Translations under genes and position numbers: made by a program
From: Catajapyx aquilonaris
Lineage: Eukaryota
Direction: 5' to 3'
DNA: 51,408 bases
Assembly: GCA_000934665.2 (NCBI GenBank)
Contig: JYFJ02000135.1
Location: 124,001-175,408 of the forward strand
Notes under the pieces: model-generated
Told to the model about the DNA's origin: nothing
Databases searched by the model: none
Seen by the model: the letters and a program-made list of their open reading frames with translations, nothing else
Shown here: positions 1 through 11,750 of the stretch, in pieces
Numbering within the stretch: the stretch's first letter is position 1
Layout: the number at the start of each line of letters is the position of its first letter

Positions 1-3000
1 AAAAACCGAGACTTTCCACCTTACGAAATAGGATAGGAAGGAGCCTCGTTCCCGAAAGTTTATATCACTCAATATTCGTAGCACTGCAGCCTCCGGATTG
101 AAGCCTATGAAATACTGATTAGTTTCGGAGTCAAACGACTTTGGGGAAACTCGGCACCGATGGGGTTAAAGGCCCTCTTTTTTTAACCCCCCCCCCCCTC
201 CCCTTTCCGTCTTTCTTTATCCTGCCCCTCAAAAGCGTTTTCCAATTCTAGGAATCGCCGTACGTTTGACACTGCATGTGGCCGGCATAATGTATTAATT
301 GTGCCACTCTATCAAGTACCAACGTTTATTTCTATCACAAATCACTTGATACTGTTCCAACATACCTTCTTGTCGCATATACTGTATATGATTATTATTA
401 TTTTAAATATGTGAAGTTGCTCGGATGTCTCTAAAAACCACAGATCCGTCCCTATAGAATCAGTTCAGCTCACCCACGACCCAATACATGAACAAGACAC
501 CGTGCAATTAGCATAGAAAGACCTGTGACCAATCAGAGCCTAGAGACGCTCCCAGCAGATGTCCCGCTAGATGACGCTGGACAATACAACCCGTGGCAGT
601 GATGTAGCACAACGAACCCCCATCAAATTAGCAAGTTCTGATCACAAAATCCTGTCCCTAATCGCCCTGCTCATTATTTTCAAGGCCCATCTGCCATACC
701 ACACACAGCCTTGCTAATTCGCACGAGCCACGCCCTTAATCTTAACCTACCCCCCTTCATGACTTGAAATGTCCTCATCCCCCCACCCACCTACCACCAC
801 CCGATAGCAGACCTTTTCACTCCAATAAGGATGAGTGACAGGAGCAGCCTCTTGGGGGGCTTTTGGCTAATGAAGAGGGAGCGGCAGATATCCACGGCCA
901 TGTTTTATCCCCGATAATCCCGTGCCTACCTTACCAATTGACAACCTTTAATAAGTGTCGCTAACTCTCAAGAACCGCAATCATTTTCATGTATGCTGAG
1001 AGAACCACGGTTGGTAATGAAGCGTGTCACATAATATTATTTGAATATTCGAACAAACGTGACATCGAGTCCCTATGAATCATAATTTCACTATAAATTC
1101 ATTATACCTCCGGTGCTGAATCGTTCCTCTGAGAACGTGTGTCCAGTTCTTTGGTGACACGTAGTTTAATTGCAGCAGCGGGAGGTCATAAAAGATCTGG
1201 CTTATCATTATTGGAGATCATGGGCCAGTTCAGAAGATAGCGGGGGTATATAAGGAGGGGGGAGAAGTATATATAAAAAAAAGTTGCTTCTGTAGGTGGA
1301 AGGCTAGACATGTTTGTCATCATCAACGTTACTTCGAAGTATCGCAGCTGTCACTCCAACAAAATATGCTGTTGGTGACCTTGATTTCACAACGCTAATA
1401 TAAAAACTCACGGGGAGGTCAATTAGAATTGAAGAAGAAAAAAAAATCCAGATTCTTAAAAATCATGCGCAATGTATCTCATGCAGAAATCCTTCCTGGT
1501 CGTAAAGTAGGCGTGAGCTTGACGTAAGTCATCTACATAAATTGCCAAGACTGACAAGACCCTGATGTCATCACGTCACCACAATGACTGGTTTCGTTCC
1601 CCTTCTTTTTGCTCCCTCCAACTTAGTAAGAGGGAAAAATCCGCCGGTCGACACTCTAAGTTATGACTCTTATGCCCATCTAATTACAGTAATCCATACC
1701 ACGGAAAAAAATGACTGAGATTATTTTTCTCGCCGCATTTCGCAACAAGGTAAAAATATACGAACATGTCATTTGTATGGTTGCTCCTTAAAAAATTATA
1801 CGTCAATTTGTATTAACAACCACTAATAAACGTCCAGCGTATTTTTCCTTAATATTTTCTATCCAAAAAGTAAGTCAAAAAGTAAGCCGAAAAGGCGAAG
1901 AATGCACCCAGGCTGCCCTCTCTTGGTCGAACCGCGAACTAGGGAACCCCCTCCGGGTGAAAAATCGTTCTGTAACTGCTTTGCCGAAACCTTTTCCTCC
2001 GACTCACTTCCGAGTGCGGCGGGAGAATACAGAGATGAAGTGTTCCAGAGAAGAAGCAAGCTCTACATGCCCGGATTTCTTTTCGATTTTTTTTTTCTTC
2101 TTTTCCTTACAAACCTACAACCGGCTTTTTGACCTTGCTGTCGTCATATGGCAACGTTGGACCTCCAAATAATGCAAAAGTCAGATTTTTCAGCCCATGT
2201 TCCACGTTTTGACATGACATGCAGCCAGCTTGACGTTCCCCTTCCTCATGTGTGAGTGCAGGTTCTTCACACGTTCAACCCTGTGACAAGTACAGGGCTC
2301 TAAAAAACCGGCGAATAAAATCATTCTGCGGGTCGCGATTACAAAGAGCCAGATCGGATGACAAGAGTCGACACCAAATATTTAATCAATGCATTGTACC
2401 CAGGTATCCCCTACTTCATATACATTGCAGTGTCGAATTTATCCCATTTCTAGGGGACCCTTAATTTGTCTGTCAGCCCCAGCTACTTTTGCCGGAAGCC
2501 TAATGGCTACTCATGTGATGTGTGTGCACATGTGAGTTCCCCCCCCCCTCCCCCTCCCACTCCCCACACTGAACAGAGGGGCCTGCTTTTGACCCCACCT
2601 CAACTGCAACTCCAGGGGTTGACAAGGGAATGCCGTCACCTCCGCAACTTTCTAATGAGCCGGAGCTGGGGGTCACGTCAAAAAGTGTGGAGAACCCGGG
2701 GGGTTCTGGCGACACTTGAAAATAATAATTCCTGCTCTGTTTCATACCAGAAGCTGACTGACTCAATGAAAGGTTGAATCAACAGTCGGGCCGCGTGCCT
2801 GCGGGGAAAAGGGGAGAGGCGGGAGTGGGAGTGGGAGGACTGCCTGCCTGCTTCACTATTTGTCAGGCTGGAAACTGCGGCTGGATACGCTCTATTACGA
2901 CATGGCATCAAATCATTCCGCCAATTCGCCTTCCTGGGACAGGTGAAAACAGTTCAAATGCAGGGAAAATACTCGTATTGGAATTAGAGGACCGGGTACA

Positions 3001-5870
3001 GTAATGAGCAAACTATTCTGAATATTGGACAATTCGCAGACTGCAATGTACTTGGTAGCAAAAAAAAACTACTAATATTCTATACCCGATTTCAGCATAT
3101 TTTTTCGCCATCCGCATGACAATGGGAGCTAAGGAACAGTGGTTGACACTGGAATATACAGTGCGGTAGAAGTTCCACAGGTTTCCATTTCCGCGCATGA
3201 ATTGTGAGCCATCGATGCCAGAAGTAAGTCGAACTATTTTTCATCGTACAGTAATTATTACGCATTTAATGTTGCCCAAGTCTGCACTACAGTACAGTAT
3301 ATATAAATTTGCTAACATGTCGCATGCATGCAAGTGTATTCTACAATGTCGCGGGGTGAGAATTACAAGGTTGTAACTGCAATGAAAATCCTATGTAGTG
3401 AAGAAGCTTGTAGTTCTCACCCCGCGATGTAGTGATGTACAAATTGTCAGTCCCAACATGTAACCAATTTTCGCAATGGTAATTGTACACACAAATTATA
3501 CAGTTGATGACAAAAGTGCTTCCCAAAATTATATCGCATCAAAGACTATATCACCCCATAAGAAGTTCCATCTTCCAACATGATACTGCAACTTTGTAAT
3601 AAGCAGCAATCTTCTCCCAGTAAAAGACAATGCAAAATTACTCCAGGCTGAAAACGACCAGTAGCCCGTTTCAAAACTCCTCAATTATTTAGTGGCGATA
3701 ACCATTCTCGTAGGAAAGGTTTATTTGCACAGTTTTGTCGAGTCAGAGTCAAGTGCCAAGTCTATACCACTCTCATGGCGCAACATCTGCAAGCGTCGTA
3801 AAACTTTCGTTTGTACACATGTACTGGCTACTCTCCCATCTAAAAATCCCAAACTCAGACATACTCCTCAATGAAACTATTTCGCAATGAATAATTTTCG
3901 CCGAAAAATTCAAGACCCCGCCAAAAAAGTGTCTCCCCCTAGCACTACATGTCGCTTCAATCATTCATCCGTCACGTGACCTTTTGATAAATCATACAGA
4001 ACTTGCCGAGTCAACAATGGTGCATATCTCAGCAGGTCCCGCCAGTCGAAATAACACGGATAGCTGGCTTCCACCGGCGACAGTAATAGGCCTACTATCG
4101 GATTAGTCCAGTGACCAGGAATGGACGTTGATGCCCCAACCTTTCCGTCAGGTCATGATACCCAATTTCAATGCCAGATATAAACCCATTGCTGGAACTA
4201 ATTTGCCTCAATTTGCAGATTGCATGTTTAGATACGAAAGAATCTGGGGGACCCGCCGGCTCGCATTTCACTATGGCATTGTGACTCACAAGATGTTGCG
4301 AATGCATGTCACCTCAATAGTCATGCTATATACAAGGGTCATCAGCTACATGATCAAACAATAATATTTGAATCAGTTATTTATTGCAAACATTGTTTTA
4401 AATATTACAGGCTACAATATCAGACAGTTTACAAAGTTTGGACGTAAAAAAAGTTTCTGACACAAATCACTCGGGTCGAAAAGTGTCACGGGCACATCCG
4501 CCAATAATAATCCTTACTCCACCCCTCCTTCCGAGACTTACCCAAAAGTTTGAATTCAGTTCATGGTGTAGAGGGAGGTGGTGGGTGGATGGGAGGAGTC
4601 AAGAGAAGCCATTATTTCAACTACAACTACTCAATATACCAAGCCCAAAATCGCCGCCTAGTTGCAAAACTCTTTGAGGTATTCATAAATTGGCCTACTG
4701 GGAAGCACGCAAATGCCTTCCATGCTCCGTAACTCACCGGAGTTATGACATTTCAGAGATTACAGTTCCGACCTATGTATAGAACACAGAAGTTAAGAAT
4801 GTAAATAGTCTGTTCCTTCGCTTTTTAGCCCCCCACCCCTGCAAAAGTGTGGATTAAAAACATCCCCTGTGGAAATTAACCGCCTTTTTCAGCCACCCCC
4901 GACATATCGAGTGTGCGCATTACAGGACAAACAATGAAAAGCATGGAAAAAGTTTACTAGCGTTCCTAATTACCAGTGTGGGACGCCACAAACACATGTC
5001 TTGATTACTACGTTTACCGTTAACAGGTTTTTTAATGGTAATTATACGGTGTTGGGTGCCTGAGCCTGGCTTGCACCACCCGCTGTGGGCGCAAGGCCAG
5101 ATGTTTAAGCCTAGATGACTTAGCTCCACCAATTAAAACAAGACACTGGATTTTTACACTACCGGAAACACGGATTTCAATTATCAATTCGGCAGCCATC
5201 TTGGACCCAACATGGTCGCACCCAATAAATCCACTCGCCCACCAAAAACAAACGGCGTTTTCTTAAGAAACTTCAACAACCACCAGACATGGTGAGGTCA
5301 AGGCTGACCTGCAAGACCTGCAAGTAATGCCAATTAGAAGTCTTCCAATAAACAATGGGCGCACTGTAACCCACACCCGGCCGGCCAGGCCTGAATTCAT
5401 TATTCTCGATGGTTGCCAATTTGGCACTAGGGACAATAAATCTCGTTTCTTTCTTTTCCTTTCCGCATGGTAATCAATGTTTATTGGCCTTTCCCTCACT
5501 TGCTAGGGCGAAGAATAGTTTCGGCCTAGATTCGTCCAGCGTCACGGAACCGACACATTGCCATTCAAGCAAAAAGGCAGATGTTTCCCCCCGCCAAATC
5601 GACCGACATTAAGAATCAAGCAGTCACATATGAATATTATATCTTTAAAAAACCACACACAGTGTAACGAATGACTACTTGATGCACTCAATTACTCCGC
5701 TCCTTTCGGTCATTACCTGTGAAATCTGCGCACAATATCAATACCCCCGGCCGTAAACTTGAGCCGTTTTATTGCTCCCAAATCAACCGGTTGCTGCCTA
5801 CTCAGGTGTGACGCAACAGTCGTGGGAATTGTCGCTAACGGTACACCTGTCGCGTTTCGGTCGCGGCCAC

Positions 5871-6317
5871 CAAAATGGCGGACTGTCTCGGACACAACCT
5901 CCTACCCCACCCTTTTTTTTCTCTCTCTTCCTTTTTCTCTCTATAGCGACTTCTGGGGTTCTCTTTTCCACATCCCCCGGGTTTGGTCCGCCACTGCTGC
6001 CGCCGCCCGCCTGATGGCTGCGACTGACAAAGGCTACAAATCATGAGAATGGCCGATAAAGGCCTATCCGAGCGGGCCGGCCAGGGACGCGGCTCCCTAC
6101 TTTATGACGTCTGTTCATCACGCCATCATAAATTAGAAACTCGAATCTCGAGGGGTTTTTTCCCCGGATGGTGCTGCTGCAGAAGCGGGGAGAGGGGCTG
6201 AGAGGGGTGAAAATAGAGACGTGGTGTTGGCCCCCGTTGGCGTCGCGCAAAAATTTGGATCCGCCATCTTGACCGACGCCTTCCATAGATGGCGACACTG
6301 TTCATAAAAATGGCGTC
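5871..6317. promoter_or_regulatory. Cluster of YY1/Pleiohomeotic (Pho)-type GCCAT sites in a GC-rich patch; candidate Polycomb response element or enhancer
   Basis: CAAAATGGCGG 5871-5881, GATGGCTG ~6013, AATGGCCG ~6048, CGCCATC 6121-6127, CCGCCATCTTG 6261-6271, AGATGGCGAC 6287-6296, AAAATGGCGTC 6307-6317; CT/GA runs at 5921-5942. Function is inferred from motif density only. Confidence 0.4.
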
Positions 6318-9300
6318 TTTTTCTTTTTAAAGAAAACTCGCTTTTTAGAAAGCCCCCTGAAGACGTTACTGACCGGAGTCCCCCCCACCCTCCCCTTCCA
6401 GTATTTACGACCTGGTGAGGACCCCGCCCGGGTTGCCAGGCTTGGAACTACAATCGAGAGGTGTGCGATTTCAGACTGAAGTGGGTGCGAAAAAATATAG
6501 CTTTCAATTTGCACATAGAGGCTTGAAACCCCGATCCGCCTGAATGTATCCTAACACTCCAACTCTTGACGTGACATGTGATGCGACTCGTATTGGAGGC
6601 TGGGGATGGGGGAGGTGCGGCAGCTTTGGCCTTTTTCCATCAAAATTGCAAAAAAAAAGGGGGCCTTTAGTATATATGGGGGGAAAAAAGAGTCCAGTTT
6701 CCCCTCCCACCATTTTGCACTGGCGTGTAGTGGTCATCAAACAATCCTCTCCAGGATTGTACTGGTTGGAAAATTATCTTTGGTTAATAAAGATAGACAG
6801 GCAGTCCCCATTGAGAACATTCACTCGCTGTCATTTGTAACGAAGAACTATACAATTCGGTACCCGATGTACCACGCAATTGAACTCGCCGCAACGATGA
6901 GTGCAACTGATGGTTCCCCCGCCCATCGGATTTCCCGCCGTCAATAAACGACTGAATTAAGAGCTCAACTAATACACTTTTCCCGCTTGTGTCCGACTAT
7001 CGTCCCGTTTTGTGCAAAGACGATACCCAACACCCTTCCACCCCCCCTCTACTGATTGTCAAAACAATGGTGCCCGGTAATAATGGTAAAAAAATGGCTG
7101 ATCAATGTAAACGTGAGTGACAACTGAAGCCCGAACCTGTTTCCCTGTCTATTTGTTCGTTGGCTATTGAAATTAAATCCGGATTTCGTGCGTGGAACAC
7201 TGGGAAACTATTCCACGCTCGATGTGAAGATAATTGTAACCTCTCTTGTGTTCGGGGGGGCCTCCAAAAAAAAATTGCATACTATCACACTCGGGATTTC
7301 CTGGGTTTATCACAACCCTCGAACCGCATGAGTGCCGTTCAATGCAAGAACTACATCACGAGTTACCCAATTATGGCGCAGGAAAGATATATGGAGAAAC
7401 TTTCTCATGGTACAATAATAATTGATACATTTTTTTTTTTTTTCGAGAACCTTTTGCAATGTCAATCCCGGAAGCAGTGTTGCTTACTGTCTTTTGCCTT
7501 CTGCTACTAGTCTCCCCTCTGGAAAAAGGTGGACACTCAAGTCCCCGGGAATCAATACGGGCACACACAACGGAGCTATAAAGGTTCGACTGCCAGAAAG
7601 AGATAAAAGAACGGCCCCAGCATGGATCCCGTGGAAAATGAGGCCCGTTTTCAGTCACTTGAGGCTGAGGATAGAAATCACTGGAAAGGCCAGTTTTCCA
7701 GCCAGGTCACTTACTAGTCCAAGAAGGCATGAAAAGAAATGGGACCAGATTGATGGGCCGGGCTGTGTGGGAAAATGTGCGGAATAATATATATTGCACA
7801 ATGCACAATTACTCGCAGTTTCCAAAAAACGGACACTGGAGGCTCTGTCATAGCTAGGGCTACCATCAAGTGCTGCCATCACACTGCGCAAGGTGGTCAT
7901 AAAGTGCGGAGAGGTTGTTGCACACCCGGGGAAAAAGTGAAAACATGGTCATAATTTCACGGTGTATATCCAGACTGTGTAATGCGTTGCGTAACTTTCC
8001 CCCCCAAAAGACCTATCTTCCGGCTCGGACCCCCATTTAGAGGGGGGGCCTCGAAAAATCTGTCCATTTCTTTTCGCCAGCCGAAAGATATCATTCATGA
8101 CCACGAATCATGTGGATGGTCATTGCTTTTTTTTTCCTTTTTCTTCGCTTTTTTTCACTCTGTATCGATCTGAAATCTTTTTCGAGCAACCTCAGTCCCC
8201 ACTTTTTTCCCTCGAGCAAACACTACAGAGTAGTCCAGTTGTCGGGACGTGAACGTCATATTCTAAAAACAATTACTGAAATCTTGCATCTCAAAATACA
8301 ATCCTCGGTAGCATGCAAACTTACACAATACATGACATAGATATATATGTTAACTCAATTTGATTTTTTTGCGTCTAAAAAAAGGGATAAACATTACACC
8401 TGCAGAGAATGCATCGTTACAACACCGGAAGCATGGAATGTGAAATTCTTTCTTGTACGAACAAGAATCAAATGCACTATGAGCGTATAGTTGCTCACTA
8501 AACGGAATAGCACCGAGAGCCATTATAGGCACCAAAGTGTGTAATAAAATACATTTCAGTACATAATTTTACGCATTTAGTGTCGCGTAATACACTGAAC
8601 CTTTCATATAGCGAAATCGCTCCGTTCCGCATATATTTTCCTGAATGTGAAAGAAATGCATTGCAAATAATCCGCTTCGACGGAAAGCATCACCGCAATA
8701 CTCATACTTTCAACTGTAACTATTACGCCAAACACTGTACTAGCAACTAGGGTACAGGTGCACACTTTGTCGCATAATCACACAATCAGCAAACATGTCG
8801 CAATTCTTATGAAAAATAATTACATACAATCACGAGTTGTCCACCTTCAACCAGGACCGTCCACCCTCCCAGTACTAACCATCTGCAATAAATTCACACC
8901 ACGATGCGGATTACAAGCTGCCCGCCAGTGGATAACCTCACTTGACTTTCGCAACAAACATGACCACCAGCTTACTAACAACTCCCATAAAAGTCAACTG
9001 AAAATATTCTCAACAACTCGAGACAATTATAAATATTTTTACGCAAATATTACCGTTTCTCGCAACATACCCGCATTGTTGCATCTCCCTGACAGCATCC
9101 CTCTCATCCCTGTCTATCTTCCTCCCCCCAACCTCAATCTCCCCCACAAGTGACCCACGACCAAGCAACAGCAAGACTAGCGCCAGAGCATCTGTCAAAT
9201 CAATAGGAGGACCACCGCTCTCAGAAGACTGGCAGGGAACAAGACGAAGGAAAAACCCCCCGCCATATTGCCCATTTAATTCCAACCCAAAAACACACCA

Positions 9301-11018
9301 TTTTTATATACACCTATATTTTGTGAGTATATATAAACCTCAGTGTGCATATATACGAGAGGGTAGATGGATCGAGGGTTGGGAAGGTTCTTTCGGCAGG
9401 GCAGAGTCAAGTCTTTTGATCTAGCCGCAGGATCGATGTAGACGCCAATAAGCGGAGGGCAGGAGCTCCCAATGCTACGACACTGTCTCTTTTACCTTTG
9501 GAGTTTTTTGGTCATTGCAATTGGCTTCCGAAATTATTACCTGGCTACATAGTTCATTTTTAGAGCGAAACACACTAAAATGGGCGTAATAAAAGGCAAC
9601 AATCGGAACAGTAGCTCAAATACAAGTAACATTTGCACCCAAATATTACAAAAAAATAATATTTAACAATATGTACAAATTTGCGCTTAATTTTCATCAA
9701 CACGACGGAAAATATTGCTCAAATTATACTGCACTTCACATGCTCCATTTTCGCATATGAAAATATGTCGTTTCGCAAATACATACCGGACAAAAATGTG
9801 TCCCACGATTTCGTCACAATATGGCCTGAGAAAAAAACGCGGCAATTATAAATAGAGACTAACGAACACTTGCGTCAATCAAGACTTAGAAAGTTTTATT
9901 GCCCGTGTTGCCTCATCAGAATTACTGTGAAGTGTTACATTGCGACATTACTGAAAGTTGAGCCCTGGTTTGCAATGGCCGATTCCTACAAAAATTGTGC
10001 AAAAATATTAACTATTTTCCCGGGTGATCTAACTGCCGGTTTTTTTCGCATCACTGTTCCGGAGCATTATGAAATACCGAAATAAATGGCTCGTTACATA
10101 TTCCTTCAAGTCAAAGCACCCACAGCGGCCCGGCAGTTACAATTCTTGCAAAAACACTGCAAAAAAACTCCGTGTTTTCCACCCACTGAACGCGACAAGT
10201 TCATCGAAGCAGCGATTCTTAACATTCCGGGAGAACTACGACAAACGCGTGGCAAAATAGCCCGTAAAATAACGACAAATTATTTTCTTGTTTTCCTCCA
10301 CCATAACCTCATTTTTTTTTCTCTCCAGACCATATCAGAAAACTCCCCGCGATTATTAAAACTCCGGTCATTATTCGGCCGCATTGTCTGCACACCGGGG
10401 TTTACGGCCTACAATAGTTACAAAGTGCGGGCACTCAACTATTTGACGCCCGGGTAAAAGTCTTAATAACACTTAATACCAACTTTATGAATACTTGGAA
10501 GCCTCGAAACGAGGTGTGAAAATGTCTCCGTTCGTTTTGCGGGGAAAGCATGTGTACCGCGTGCTATCTTCCCCGGTACGGCATATACTTTTCCAACCCC
10601 CACCGTGTTCGCCAACCTTCGAGTAGAAAACTGATGGTCAGGCAAGTAAGATGGATTGCAGGCGAACTCACAAAGACACTTTGACACTTGATTGACAGTG
10701 GTCCTGGTTCGGCTTGATTGATAGAAAAGCACAAACAGGGCGCAGATGGTAGCCGAAATAGTTCAGGGTACCGCGCTGTTATATATCGGATGGTACGCCA
10801 CGTGATACCGTCTAGAACCTCCCTATTTTCCCGGAGTTCGGAGTAATGGCATCTTCTGCCGGCGAGGCCGCTGCGCCCTGTCACTCAAATGTCACCTGTC
10901 ACTCACAGCCGATGCGCTACAGCTGAGTCGCACCGCTGGGGGAGGTTGCACACACAGAAAAAAAACTACCCCCTCCGGAAAATCGAACGCACCTCCGGAG
11001 AAAACCTATGATACTCAC

Positions 11019-11058
11019 ATTTCATGCGCTTAGGGCAGTCCTGCTTCCGTCGCGGCAT
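11019..11058 (-). CDS. tsh: First coding exon (40 nt) of a teashirt/tiptop (TSHZ-family) zinc-finger transcription factor; rest of gene lies left of the window
   Basis: Minus strand reads gagccATG CCG CGA CGG AAG CAG GAC TGC CCT AAG CGC ATG AAA T|GTGAGT = MPRRKQDCPKRMK plus a phase-1 consensus donor (11018-11013). Good Kozak context. Matches the M(S/P)RRKQxxP NuRD-binding N-terminus; the MPRRKQ form is that of TSHZ proteins. tsh versus tio, or another family member, cannot be settled from 13 aa. Confidence 0.75.
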
Positions 11059-11269
11059 GGCTCGACCTCTGACCTAGCACCGTCTGTATGTTGTTAGGAG
11101 GGTGTCACACTGTCCACATGTCACGCACCAAGTGGGAGGGGTAAGTCACTTGTGTCCACTATCACCCAACCCGCCCCCCCGTATGAGGAGTCGACTTGCG
11201 GTGGTACTCTACCGGGGGCAGAGGCAGTGTCGGCGCCTCCTCGGCCGATCAGTCCGGCAATCTGAACTT

Positions 11270-11600
11270 GCACTGAAAATGCTACGGGCCAAGAGGCACC
11301 TCATGGCGAGCCCAGTGACGTCATGACAGGTGGGCGGGGCATGGCCAAGTCGGGGGCCCGCTCACGATTCTCGCTTGGCGCCTGGGACTTGGGTCCTTAA
11401 TGGGCCGCAATTCCAACTGGCGGGTATGGCCCGATCCATCCGCATGGGGACATATTGCGTCCTGCGAATACACAAGGAAGGGCGGCCCGTGGGTTGGACC
11501 ATACCGGATAATCCGGACAGTACGACAACCTGGATACACCCCACACTACATTTGAATCCATACTGTACGTGGTTACTAAGATAGTGGATTCAAAATGGCG
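11270..11600. promoter_or_regulatory. GC-rich, probably bidirectional promoter between tsh/tio (minus) and the ZNF407-like gene (plus)
   Basis: Minus-strand Inr-like TCAGT at 11276-11272, palindromic CRE TGACGTCA 11316-11323, GC box GGGCGGGG 11332-11339, YY1 motif CAAAATGGCG 11591-11600; flanked by outward-facing splice donors at 11018 (-) and 11751 (+). Confidence 0.5.
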
Positions 11601-11750
11601 TCCATGATGCGCGTGGCCGTAACCTGGCGACCCACATAGGGCCAAACAGTCTACTACTCGGCAAACGAGCTGAGATTGGAAGCTGGAGGAAATGATTTTT
11701 ATTTCGGGTTACGGGTCGAGTTAGGATCCGGTGGGTGGTCTGGACGAAAT
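11580..11750 (+). other. Candidate non-coding 5' exon of the ZNF407-like gene (start approximate)
   Basis: Ends at the donor AAT|GTGAGT (11751-11756) followed by G/T-rich sequence. The ZNF ATG at 19009 directly follows an acceptor (ttctattgacag|ATG), so an upstream exon is likely. Pairing with this donor is inference. Confidence 0.4.

Noticed and set aside
1..170. Possible piggyBac-type right end (GGGTTAA at 163-169)
   Set aside because: Only a 7-bp signature; no partner end visible in the window.
4790..4880. Possible second tsh exon after the minus-strand acceptor ttaatttccacag
   Set aside because: Frame runs into a stop after about 24 codons and shows no Tsh-like sequence.
8470..8480. AAATGCACTAT resembling the 5' part of miR-277
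   Set aside because: Match ends after 11 nt and I saw no supporting precursor hairpin.
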